Below are positions 9,896 to 17,875 of a stretch of 38,691 nt of DNA, in pieces. Numbering within the stretch: position 1 is the stretch's first letter; the number at the start of each line of letters is the position of its first letter. The DNA comes from Candidatus Aminicenantaceae bacterium. GTDB lineage: Bacteria; Acidobacteriota; Aminicenantia; Aminicenantales; Aminicenantaceae. The DNA is taken from assembly GCA_049674205.1 (NCBI GenBank), contig JBATYS010000293.1, positions 1-38,691 on the forward strand, in the 5' to 3' direction. Made by a program: the position numbers and the translations under genes. The notes below the pieces were generated by a model that worked only from the letters and a program-made list of their open reading frames with translations, was not told where the DNA came from and made no database searches.

Positions 9896-10122
9896 TTTGG
9901 ATTATTCACGAGCCGAGATCGCTGCAAAGGCGAGGCAGTGGCCCACGAAGCTGTAGTGAACTACCGCGAGTGGGCTACAACGAAGGCTTTGTAGTGAGAT
10001 CGGCGGGTTAGGTTGGGTCGGCGCCCGAAGGGTAAAAGATGCTAACAATAAAATATTGAGTTTTCCTTTCTGATAAGTTTTTCTAACATAAATATGTTAG
10101 CATCTTTTATGAATGATCCAAA
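9896..10122 (+). mobile_element. MITE-like element, copy B (subfamily 2, 227 bp)
   Basis: TIRs tttggattattca / tgaatgatccaaa. Core ggcagtggcccacgaag...gggctacaacgaag...gcccgaagggtaaaagat. Fills the gap between two convergent stop codons. Confidence 0.75.
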
Positions 10123-11280
10123 TTAAAAGTCGTTAGGGTCAAGTCCTGAGATCTCTCTCAGCTTCTCTACGATTTCCGGAAGTTCAGTAAGCACTGTATC
10201 AATATCCTCTTCTGTGTTAAACCGCCCGAGGGAAATCCGAACAGTGGACCTTGCGACTTCTGGCCTCAGGCCAATAGCGCTGAGGACATGAGAGACATCC
10301 TCAGATTCTTCACTACAGGCTGAACCCGTAGAGACATAGATTTCTTTTGTCCCTAAAGACAGGAGAATCGCTTCTGCTTCAAGTCCGAAAAAAGAAAAGT
10401 TGAGTGTTCCCTTGATCCTGTTTTTCTCATGACCGTTGAATTTGACGTTAGGAATCTTTTCCTCAATTCCCTTTTTCAACCTCTCAGCCAGCTTCGCGAT
10501 CGTTGTTTTATCTTTATCCCCTCGGTCGAGGAGAATACGTACGGCCTCTCCGAATCCCACTATGCCAGCAGTGTTTTCTGTTCCTGCTCGCATCAGCCTT
10601 TCTTGATGTCCTCCATAGATGAGTGGTTTAAGAGGAGTTCCCTTCCGGACATAAAGGGCTCCGATTCCTTTGGGGCCATATACTTTATGCGCAGAGATTG
10701 AGAGAAGATCGACACCCAACTTATTGACTAGAACATCGATTTTGCCAAAGCTTTGGACTGCATCGGTATGGACAAGAACTCCTCGGTCCTTAGCTAAACG
10801 GACAACCTCTTCTATAGGCTGGATGGTTCCGATTTCATTGTTTGCATGCATTATAGAGATTACTGCCGTTTGAGGCGTAATCGCGTCCCTTAGGAAATCG
10901 ATGTCAATGGTGCCTTCTGAGTCAACTGGTACAAAGCTGACTTTTTTCCCTTTGCTCTCCAGGTAATTACCTGTTTCTATAATGGCTGGGTGTTCGATGG
11001 CTGAAGTGATGAATTCGTTCTTATCAGGGAGCGCATCCATGACACCACGCACAGCCATGTTATCTGCCTCGGTTCCGGATCCTGTAAAAACGATCTCCGA
11101 CCGCTTCACGCCCAGTGCATTGGCGATGAACTCTCTGGCTTCAGTTATAAATTCTTTCACTTCTCTGCCGATAGGGTAGATAGAAGAGGGATTCCCGAAA
11201 TGCGTCTTTAGAAACTGATACATTTTTTCACTGACGTCTGGGTCTAGCGGGGTTGTCGCGTTATTGTCCAGATATACCAT
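10123..11280 (-). CDS. Cysteine desulfurase (NifS/IscS family)
   Basis: PLP lysine in SAHKVYGPKG and active-site loop STGSACSEE. 385 aa. Confidence 0.85.
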   Translation of the reverse strand: MVYLDNNATTPLDPDVSEKMYQFLKTHFGNPSSIYPIGREVKEFITEAREFIANALGVKRSEIVFTGSGTEADNMAVRGVMDALPDKNEFITSAIEHPAIIETGNYLESKGKKVSFVPVDSEGTIDIDFLRDAITPQTAVISIMHANNEIGTIQPIEEVVRLAKDRGVLVHTDAVQSFGKIDVLVNKLGVDLLSISAHKVYGPKGIGALYVRKGTPLKPLIYGGHQERLMRAGTENTAGIVGFGEAVRILLDRGDKDKTTIAKLAERLKKGIEEKIPNVKFNGHEKNRIKGTLNFSFFGLEAEAILLSLGTKEIYVSTGSACSEESEDVSHVLSAIGLRPEVARSTVRISLGRFNTEEDIDTVLTELPEIVEKLREISGLDPNDF

Positions 11281-11327
11281 ATGCGCCTCTTTTTAAACAG
11301 GGCAAACTCCCTGAGATAATTATCATA

Positions 11328-12233
11328 TTAAGTGAGCCTTTCTCTGAGTATCCTAACGACTTCAAAACCAGCCCTTTTCTGGCCTTCAATGGCTGCAGCG
11401 CCAATATGAGGCATCGCGATAACATTCGGATGATCGATCAGAGAAAAGTCATCGGGAGGTTCTTTTTCAAAAACATCAATGGCCGCTGCTCTCACTTTCC
11501 CTGATTCGAGAGCTTTCAAGAGTGCCTGCTCATCGACAACGCCTCCTCGGGATGCATTGATGATGATGACGCCATCTTTCATTTTAGCAAAAGCTTCATC
11601 GCTGATCATATGTTTTGTGCTGGGGATGAAAGGGAGATGAAGAGAGATCATATCTGATTGAGCAAGAAGCTCATCCAGCTCGACCTGTTGGATATCTAGC
11701 GGTGTTTGAACGTCGACGATGTCAAACACAATCACTTTCATGCCAAAAGCAATGGCCCGTAAAGCAACAGCAAGCCCGATGCGACCGCTGCCTATGATCC
11801 CCAATGTTTTTTCAAAAAGTTCCGTCCCTTTGAATTTTTTCTTCTCCCATTTGTGTTCTTTCATCGAGAGGTTAGCTTTTCCGTGATTTCGAACAGTGGC
11901 CAGCATTAATCCGAATGTATGCTCAGCAACGGAAATCGTGGTTGCAGAAGGTGTGTTGGACACTTGAATGCCCTTTTTATCTGCCTCTGCCACATCGATG
12001 TTGTCAAGGCCGATACCCGCTCTCACAAGAAGCTCCAAGTTTGTCCCTGCATCGATAACAGGCTTTGTAATCTTTGTTGCGCTGCGAACGACAGCAGCAT
12101 GATAATCCGGTATTATACTGACGATTTCCTCTTCATTCATTCCAGTTTTTAGAGTGACATCTAACCCAGGGATCGACTTGAGTTCTTCGAAGGCATCGGG
12201 ATCCATAGGATCACAGATAAGCACTTTTTTCAT
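11328..12233 (-). CDS. serA: D-3-phosphoglycerate dehydrogenase / D-2-hydroxyacid dehydrogenase (short form)
   Basis: Start moved to ATG 12233 (MKKVLICD), which forms an ATGA overlap with the upstream aminotransferase stop. NAD motif GIIGSGRIG, plus ASRGG and PHIGA catalytic-region motifs. Confidence 0.75.
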   Translation of the reverse strand: MKKVLICDPMDPDAFEELKSIPGLDVTLKTGMNEEEIVSIIPDYHAAVVRSATKITKPVIDAGTNLELLVRAGIGLDNIDVAEADKKGIQVSNTPSATTISVAEHTFGLMLATVRNHGKANLSMKEHKWEKKKFKGTELFEKTLGIIGSGRIGLAVALRAIAFGMKVIVFDIVDVQTPLDIQQVELDELLAQSDMISLHLPFIPSTKHMISDEAFAKMKDGVIIINASRGGVVDEQALLKALESGKVRAAAIDVFEKEPPDDFSLIDHPNVIAMPHIGAAAIEGQKRAGFEVVRILRERLT

Positions 12234-13375
12234 TTCCAATTCTCCTTTAAAATTTCTTTGGCTGCACAAAGAGAGGCGCCTTTTTGAAAACTATATCCAA
12301 GGTCTTCGAGTGTCATTTCTAATGCACTCAGAGCGGTTATAACATCAAATCCACCCATGTATCCAAGATGAGCGATCCTGAAAAATTTTCCCTTATGAGG
12401 ATCTTGAGCACCAGCTATGTACGTTTTGTATTTCTCCTGCATCGTTTTTACAAGTATTTCACCATCGATCCCGTTTGGGGTCTTAACGGCTGTGAGTATG
12501 TTTGCTGGCCGTTTGGACAGTAACTCCAAGCCGATACTCTGGACTCCAGCACGTGTGGCCTCTCCGAGAATTCTGTGATGGCTGATAAAATTTTCCAGTC
12601 CAAAACGAGCAATGATCTTCAGCGCTTCTTGTTGTTGGAGAATGAGTGAAATGGCCGGTGTCCAGGGGGACGTTCCTCTCCTCATACTCGTTTTGGCTTC
12701 TTTCACATCAAAATAATACTTTGGTGAGGTGGATCGTTCCACAAGGCTCCAAGCCTTTTTGCTGAATGAAATATAGGCAAGCCCTGGAGGAACCATGAAT
12801 GATTTTTGTGAGGCAGAGAGCAGGACATCCAGATTCCATTCGTCCATAGGACAAGAGATTGCACCGATTCCTGAAATACCGTCAACGACAAGGAGGGCCT
12901 CACTCTGAGCGACAATCTCTCCATAACCGCGGATATCATATTCCGTACCGGTCGATGTTTCGGCCAGAGTAGAGAAAACAGCATTGACATCGGGATTTAT
13001 TTCCAATTCCTCTGAGAGTTGTTCTTTGGCGTATGGTTCACCCCACTCGAGAATGATCTCTCGAACGCTCACCCCATACGCACGGCAGATCCTTCCCCAT
13101 CGGTTTCCGAACTTCCCCCCGTTGATGACAATAGCGGAGTCTCCAGGCGATAGAGTGTTGACTACAGCAGCCTCCATCGCTCCAGATCCCGAAGAGGCGA
13201 GAATGAACACGTCGTTTTCCGTTTGGAAAATAGTTTTGATGCCGGTGACCACATCCATGAATATTCGGGAGAATTCCGGTGTGCGATGGTGGATCATGGG
13301 GTGTGTCGCGGCAGCCAGAACGCCTTCTGGAATAGGAGTGGGACCGGGAGATAGGAGATAGTGCTTCTTGATCAA
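12230..13375 (-). CDS. Class V aminotransferase (serine-pyruvate / alanine-glyoxylate / archaeal-type phosphoserine aminotransferase)
   Basis: SGSGAMEAA and PLP-lysine region SASQKSFMVPPGL. TTG start with GGAGG 7 nt upstream. Coupled to serA. Confidence 0.75.
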   Translation of the reverse strand: MIKKHYLLSPGPTPIPEGVLAAATHPMIHHRTPEFSRIFMDVVTGIKTIFQTENDVFILASSGSGAMEAAVVNTLSPGDSAIVINGGKFGNRWGRICRAYGVSVREIILEWGEPYAKEQLSEELEINPDVNAVFSTLAETSTGTEYDIRGYGEIVAQSEALLVVDGISGIGAISCPMDEWNLDVLLSASQKSFMVPPGLAYISFSKKAWSLVERSTSPKYYFDVKEAKTSMRRGTSPWTPAISLILQQQEALKIIARFGLENFISHHRILGEATRAGVQSIGLELLSKRPANILTAVKTPNGIDGEILVKTMQEKYKTYIAGAQDPHKGKFFRIAHLGYMGGFDVITALSALEMTLEDLGYSFQKGASLCAAKEILKENWK

Positions 13376-13541
13376 ATACGACCTCCAAAAGACTTAACGA
13401 GATGGGCAACTCTGGCAAGATAAAGGATTTGGATCTATTCTTTTTTTAATGACTTGTTAGGCCTCGTAAGGTAATGCCGATCCCTGATTTCAAATGAACT
13501 CTTCAACACGATAAACTAACAGAATTTGTTTCAACAGTCAA

Positions 13542-14672
13542 TCAAAGTTGGCATAACAACTCTGTGAGCAGGGCAGTTCTCTCGATGAGAGAGGGAAGAA
13601 AAAGATGTTCATCGTCGGCATGAATACCCGCACCATCAGGCCCGAGTCCATCCAGGGTTGCAACCCCCGTATTTGCAGCGATCGATGCATCAGAACCTCC
13701 GCCCGATTTTCCGGCTTCGAGTTGTATATTCATCGAAGAGGCAATTTCTATTATCCGGCCAAAGAGCCTATCAGAAGCCTTGTTTTTTTCTAGCGGTGGA
13801 AGATAACTCTCCACAGAGTATTTAACTTTGGCCCCTAGTAAAGTCGGCTGGATCTGCTTGAGTAAGTTTAAGATGTTAGTTTTTTGTGTGCTGTTCCAAA
13901 ATCGAATATCAAGGTATGCGCTGGCGCTGTCAGGAACGATATTGATTCTTTCACCGCCCTCGATAATCCCTATGTTTACTGTAATAGCGTTCGACTTAAG
14001 TCTTTGGACAGCCTTGAGTTGAGCCATAAGCTCTTCAACGGCATTGATCCCCTCATCGGGATTCCCAGCATGTGCTGATTTCCCCTTGGTGTTAAGCCTG
14101 ATGACCAAACGTCCTTTTCTCTGGTTTTTCAGGGCACCTCCAGGAAGAGACGGCTCCAGACAAAGAACACAACTCGATCGTTTGGCCAATTTTTGGATCA
14201 TCTCGTTCGCGACCTCACTCCCCACTTCCTCGGCAGAATTCATGAAAACAGCGATTTTTTTCTGTGGTTCTATATTTAGCTCATGAATGGCCTTGAGAGA
14301 AGAAATTGCCATAACAAGCCCCGATTTCATATCTAAAACTCCAGGACCGAACACTTTATTTCCCGAGATGTAGAAGGGCATTTCCTTTATTTTCCCAACA
14401 GGCCAGACCGTATCGATATGGGTTAAGATGAGAATCTGCTCTTTTCTCTCCTTAGGTTTGAGGCGCGGATATTCTGCCAGATAAAGATCTCCCAAGTCCT
14501 TGAATGGATAGCGAGTGACCTTAGCCCCAGATTTTTGGAATTCTTTGGCTAGGAAGGAAGAACACTTATCGACAGCGTCCTTATCCGAAGATGGTGACTC
14601 AAGGCTGACGATATTCTTCAAGAGATTGACCATTTCTCCCTGGCGGGACTTAAAATAGTGCTTAAATTGCAT
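13542..14672 (-). CDS. M20-family metallopeptidase (carboxypeptidase G2 / ArgE-DapE-like)
   Basis: THIDTVW, GPGVLDMKSG, NSAEEVGS and GIHADDEH metal-ligand motifs. 376 aa. Confidence 0.75.
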   Translation of the reverse strand: MQFKHYFKSRQGEMVNLLKNIVSLESPSSDKDAVDKCSSFLAKEFQKSGAKVTRYPFKDLGDLYLAEYPRLKPKERKEQILILTHIDTVWPVGKIKEMPFYISGNKVFGPGVLDMKSGLVMAISSLKAIHELNIEPQKKIAVFMNSAEEVGSEVANEMIQKLAKRSSCVLCLEPSLPGGALKNQRKGRLVIRLNTKGKSAHAGNPDEGINAVEELMAQLKAVQRLKSNAITVNIGIIEGGERINIVPDSASAYLDIRFWNSTQKTNILNLLKQIQPTLLGAKVKYSVESYLPPLEKNKASDRLFGRIIEIASSMNIQLEAGKSGGGSDASIAANTGVATLDGLGPDGAGIHADDEHLFLPSLIERTALLTELLCQL

Positions 14673-14756
14673 ATCGATGGTTCCTTGTTATAGCTAATCT
14701 TATTAGTGCTAAATGTATCATAGGTTAGAAGGAGTCGTAAAGCACAAATTAATAAT

Positions 14757-14785
14757 TTGACAATGTATATTGATTCCAGTAATTT
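14757..14785 (+). promoter_or_regulatory. Candidate sigma70-type promoter (TTGACA, 17 nt spacer, TAATTT), possibly giving a leaderless mRNA
   Basis: -35 TTGACA at 14757-14762, 17-nt spacer, weak -10 taattt at 14780-14785. The ATG of the next gene is at 14792 and has no convincing SD. Confidence 0.3.
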
Positions 14786-14791
14786 TAGGGC

Positions 14792-16135
14792 ATGAACTTC
14801 TTGATTTTCCTCGGGGAAATTTCTTTTCTAGTTTTGATAGGATTTTTTTTGATATTCACTCTGTACAATCGTAGAGAAAGGGAGGAAAAAGCGTTTCGTT
14901 CAAGCCTTATAATTCTGCTCGGCTTGATTACGGTAAATGTCTTTTTTCTCATCATGCCCGGTATTTTGAGAAATCTATTGTTCTTGACCGTTTTCCTGGT
15001 GACTTTAGCCGCGTTCTTTATCATCTGTTTTTCATCAACACCGAGCGGAAACATTGAATTTATCGGCGAAAAGAAAAGAGTGGATGAAAGAGATACGATT
15101 TTTGCTAGATTCGAACTGAAAGAAAGAAGTAATAACTACAACGATTATTATAATCGTAGATCCGAATATAAAGACATTGATGATGAGATCCGCACATTAC
15201 CTGATATTCTTGCGCCTGAACACATGAAAAAAGATCCCGTTCTTTTTTCCTTAACGGCTGCAGAGGATGGTTATTTAAAACATCACGTAAAACTTGTGAA
15301 TGGAGATGTCAAATCGGATAAAATGGAGTTTTCACCCTTCGACAACACACGGACTGTTAAAAATATCGTGAAATATTTAGGGGGTGACATCTGTGGCGTG
15401 TGTGAGTTGGACCGAAACTATGTTTATTCTCATGTCGGCCGGGGGCCAGAACCTTTTGGAATGGAGATAGAACTGAAGCATAAGTATGCCATAGTATTTG
15501 CGATAGAGATGGACGTCGATATGATCGCCGCTTCTCCGAAGCCTCCAGTCATTGTTGAAACAGAAAAAAAGTACGTTGAGATCGCGAAGGTCTCTGTTAT
15601 CGTAGCTGACCTTATTCGCCGTATGGGCTATGATGCGCGCGCGCATATCGCAGGCAGCAACTATCAAGCAATGCTTCCACCACTCGGATGGCGTGCGGGA
15701 CTCGGAGAGATCGGCCGGATAGGTATTTTAATCACAGAAAAGTATGGGCCGCGTGTTCGGTTGGGACTTATCACCACAAATCTTCCTCTAACTCCTGATT
15801 CATCCAAAAATTTTGGTGTCCAAGATTTTTGCAAGAATTGCAAAAAATGTGCGAACAACTGTCCTGCTCAAGCTATTCCCTATGGCGATAAGACGGAAGA
15901 AAACGGCGCATTGAAATGGGTTTTGAACAGAGAAGGGTGTTACAGATTTTGGAGAAAAGCAGGAACGGATTGTGCCATGTGTCTCTATGTCTGTCCTTAC
16001 AGCAAACCTCAGAACTGGTTTCATGACTCGGTGAGAAAATTGGTCAATCAGTCCTCAAATGCACAGAAAGTGTCCTTGTGGGCAGACGATTATTTCTATG
16101 GGGCCAATCCGTTACCTAAAGAGCCTCCCTTCTAA
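14792..16135 (+). CDS. Reductive-dehalogenase-like iron-sulfur protein with an N-terminal membrane anchor
   Basis: About 85 aa N-terminal with 3 hydrophobic helices and no twin-arginine motif. RdhA-like body (GWRAGLGEIGRIGILITEKYGPRVRLG). Two ferredoxin-type clusters, CKNCKKCANNCP and CAMCLYVCP. Confidence 0.6.
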   Translation: MNFLIFLGEISFLVLIGFFLIFTLYNRREREEKAFRSSLIILLGLITVNVFFLIMPGILRNLLFLTVFLVTLAAFFIICFSSTPSGNIEFIGEKKRVDERDTIFARFELKERSNNYNDYYNRRSEYKDIDDEIRTLPDILAPEHMKKDPVLFSLTAAEDGYLKHHVKLVNGDVKSDKMEFSPFDNTRTVKNIVKYLGGDICGVCELDRNYVYSHVGRGPEPFGMEIELKHKYAIVFAIEMDVDMIAASPKPPVIVETEKKYVEIAKVSVIVADLIRRMGYDARAHIAGSNYQAMLPPLGWRAGLGEIGRIGILITEKYGPRVRLGLITTNLPLTPDSSKNFGVQDFCKNCKKCANNCPAQAIPYGDKTEENGALKWVLNREGCYRFWRKAGTDCAMCLYVCPYSKPQNWFHDSVRKLVNQSSNAQKVSLWADDYFYGANPLPKEPPF

Positions 16136-16145
16136 CCTCTCTATA

Positions 16146-16373
16146 CCTGAATTATTCATAAAAGCTACTGCCTAATATATACTTTAAAATCATTCAATAT
16201 CTTATTGGCAGTATCTTTTACCCTTCGGGCGAACTGATCTCACAGCATCGGCTTCGTTGTAGCCCGGGTTAGGTTGGGTCGGCTTGCAGTAGTTTACTAC
16301 AGCTTCATGGGCCACTGCCTCAACCTTGATGTAAGGGTGGGGTGGGTTGGACTTGACTAGTGAATAATCCAGG
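16146..16373 (-). mobile_element. MITE-like element, copy C (subfamily 1, 228 bp, inverted relative to A)
   Basis: TIRs cctgaattattca / tgaataatccagg. The reverse complement aligns with copy A through the whole core (gtccaacccaccccaccc...ggcagtggcccatgaag...gggctacaacgaag...gcccgaagggtaaaagat). Confidence 0.75.
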
Positions 16374-16521
16374 TTCAAAAAAAGGGAGTTGTGTTCTATG
16401 TTTTTGTTTACCGCTTACAAATGAATATGATATGTTTATGACAATTCGTTGAAGAGAATTAATAAAATCTCCGATTCATTCTATGAATGAGTGTTTCCGG
16501 AGGATCAAGGAGGGAGACGCA

Positions 16522-17829
16522 ATGAAAACTAGTCGACGTCAGTTTTTAAAAGGTTTGAGTCTTGGCCTCAGCAGTGTAGGGATGTTTGGCCTTGAAAGAA
16601 AAGAGGCAGCGGCCGCATTTGCCAAGAAGCGTGAAGAGGTAAAAAATTCTACAGCGTTCGAGATCGCTCGAGATGAAAGCTATTGGTTTCATGCCCAACA
16701 GGCATTCGATATCGATCGAAGTATCATCAACCTCAACAATGGGGGAGTGCATCCTGCCCCGCGGATCGTCATCGACGCAGTTAAGCGCTATATGGACTGG
16801 TCGAACGGAGCACCAGTGTTAAATTCATGGAGATACATGAGGCCCCGAAAAGAATTGATCCGAAAAAAAATTGCCGACATGTTCGGGTGTTCTCCTGAAG
16901 AAATCGCTCTTGTCAGGAATGTAACAGAAGCTCTCCAGATCGCGCTATTGGGTCTCAACTTGAAGGCGGGGGATGAAGTTCTCACCACACTCCATGATTA
17001 TCCTTCGATGAAAAATGCTCTTTATCAAAGGGAGAAACGAGAGGGGATCGTGGTCAAAACTTTTAATTTTCATTATCCTCTTGAAAACCTGAACGTGCTT
17101 ACGGACATGTTCGAAAAAAATATTACACCGAAGACCCGAATGATCCTTATGTGCCACATCACCAACTTGACCGGCCAGATTTTCCCTGTCAGAGACATCT
17201 GCCAGTTGGCAAGAAAATACGGGATAGAAGTTGTGATCGATGGGGCTCATGCATTTGCCCATTTTGAATTCAAACAGAAAGATTTGGACTGTGATATTTA
17301 TGGTGCTAATCTCCATAAATGGATGATGGCCCCGATCGGAACAGGTTTTTTATACGTAAAAAAGGACAGGATAAAAGACATTTGGCCTCTGTTTCCCGCG
17401 CCCGAACCTCTTGGTGATGATATCAGGAAATTTGAACACGTCGGCACGCAGCCCGAAGCTTTAAAACTTGCGGTGGGCGAAGCGATCACTTTTCACAATG
17501 GTCTCGGTGGAGCGAATAAGCAGGAACGTCTCCGGTATCTCCGGGATTACTGGGCGAAAAAACTGGAAAAATTAAGAGGTGTCAGGATCCTCACATCCTA
17601 TTCTCCAGAACAATCTTGTGGGATCGGAACGTTTACAGTAGATCATATTGACATCCCAAAATTATCTGAAGTACTTTTTGAAAAACACAAGATCTATACC
17701 ATTTCTGTCGGCATTCCAAAAGACACAGTTGGGATCCGAATGACTCCCAGTGTTTATACAACTCTCCGGGAGCTTGACATATTTATTGAGGCTGTCGATC
17801 ACTACATTACGAATGGACTCCCTTCATAA
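16522..17829 (+). CDS. Tat-exported class V-fold PLP enzyme (isopenicillin-N-epimerase / cysteine-desulfurase-like)
   Basis: Start at ATG 16522 with AGGAGGGA upstream. Twin-arginine leader MKTSRRQFLKGLSLGLSSVGMFG...AAAAF. PLP lysine region ANLHKWMMAPIGTGFLYV. Confidence 0.7.
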   Translation: MKTSRRQFLKGLSLGLSSVGMFGLERKEAAAAFAKKREEVKNSTAFEIARDESYWFHAQQAFDIDRSIINLNNGGVHPAPRIVIDAVKRYMDWSNGAPVLNSWRYMRPRKELIRKKIADMFGCSPEEIALVRNVTEALQIALLGLNLKAGDEVLTTLHDYPSMKNALYQREKREGIVVKTFNFHYPLENLNVLTDMFEKNITPKTRMILMCHITNLTGQIFPVRDICQLARKYGIEVVIDGAHAFAHFEFKQKDLDCDIYGANLHKWMMAPIGTGFLYVKKDRIKDIWPLFPAPEPLGDDIRKFEHVGTQPEALKLAVGEAITFHNGLGGANKQERLRYLRDYWAKKLEKLRGVRILTSYSPEQSCGIGTFTVDHIDIPKLSEVLFEKHKIYTISVGIPKDTVGIRMTPSVYTTLRELDIFIEAVDHYITNGLPS

Positions 17830-17875
17830 AACACACAAATGATTTTGATCTAAAGCTCACATCCAGGAGAAGCCG

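Noticed and set aside
9911-10033. Self-cleaving ribozyme (hammerhead, twister, HDV-like) inside the repeat core
   Set aside because: I looked by eye for CUGAUGA...GAAA hammerhead cores and for twister- or HDV-like nested pseudoknot signatures. Only loose fragments appear (ctgtgag, cgaag, catgaag), and none has the helices arranged correctly. This cannot be supported without a covariance-model scan.
16265-16350. Telomere-like GGGTTA / G-tract strings as telomeric or CRISPR-like repeats
   Set aside because: They occur once per element copy, not in tandem arrays, and there is no spacer-repeat periodicity. They are part of the dispersed element. No CRISPR array exists in the window.
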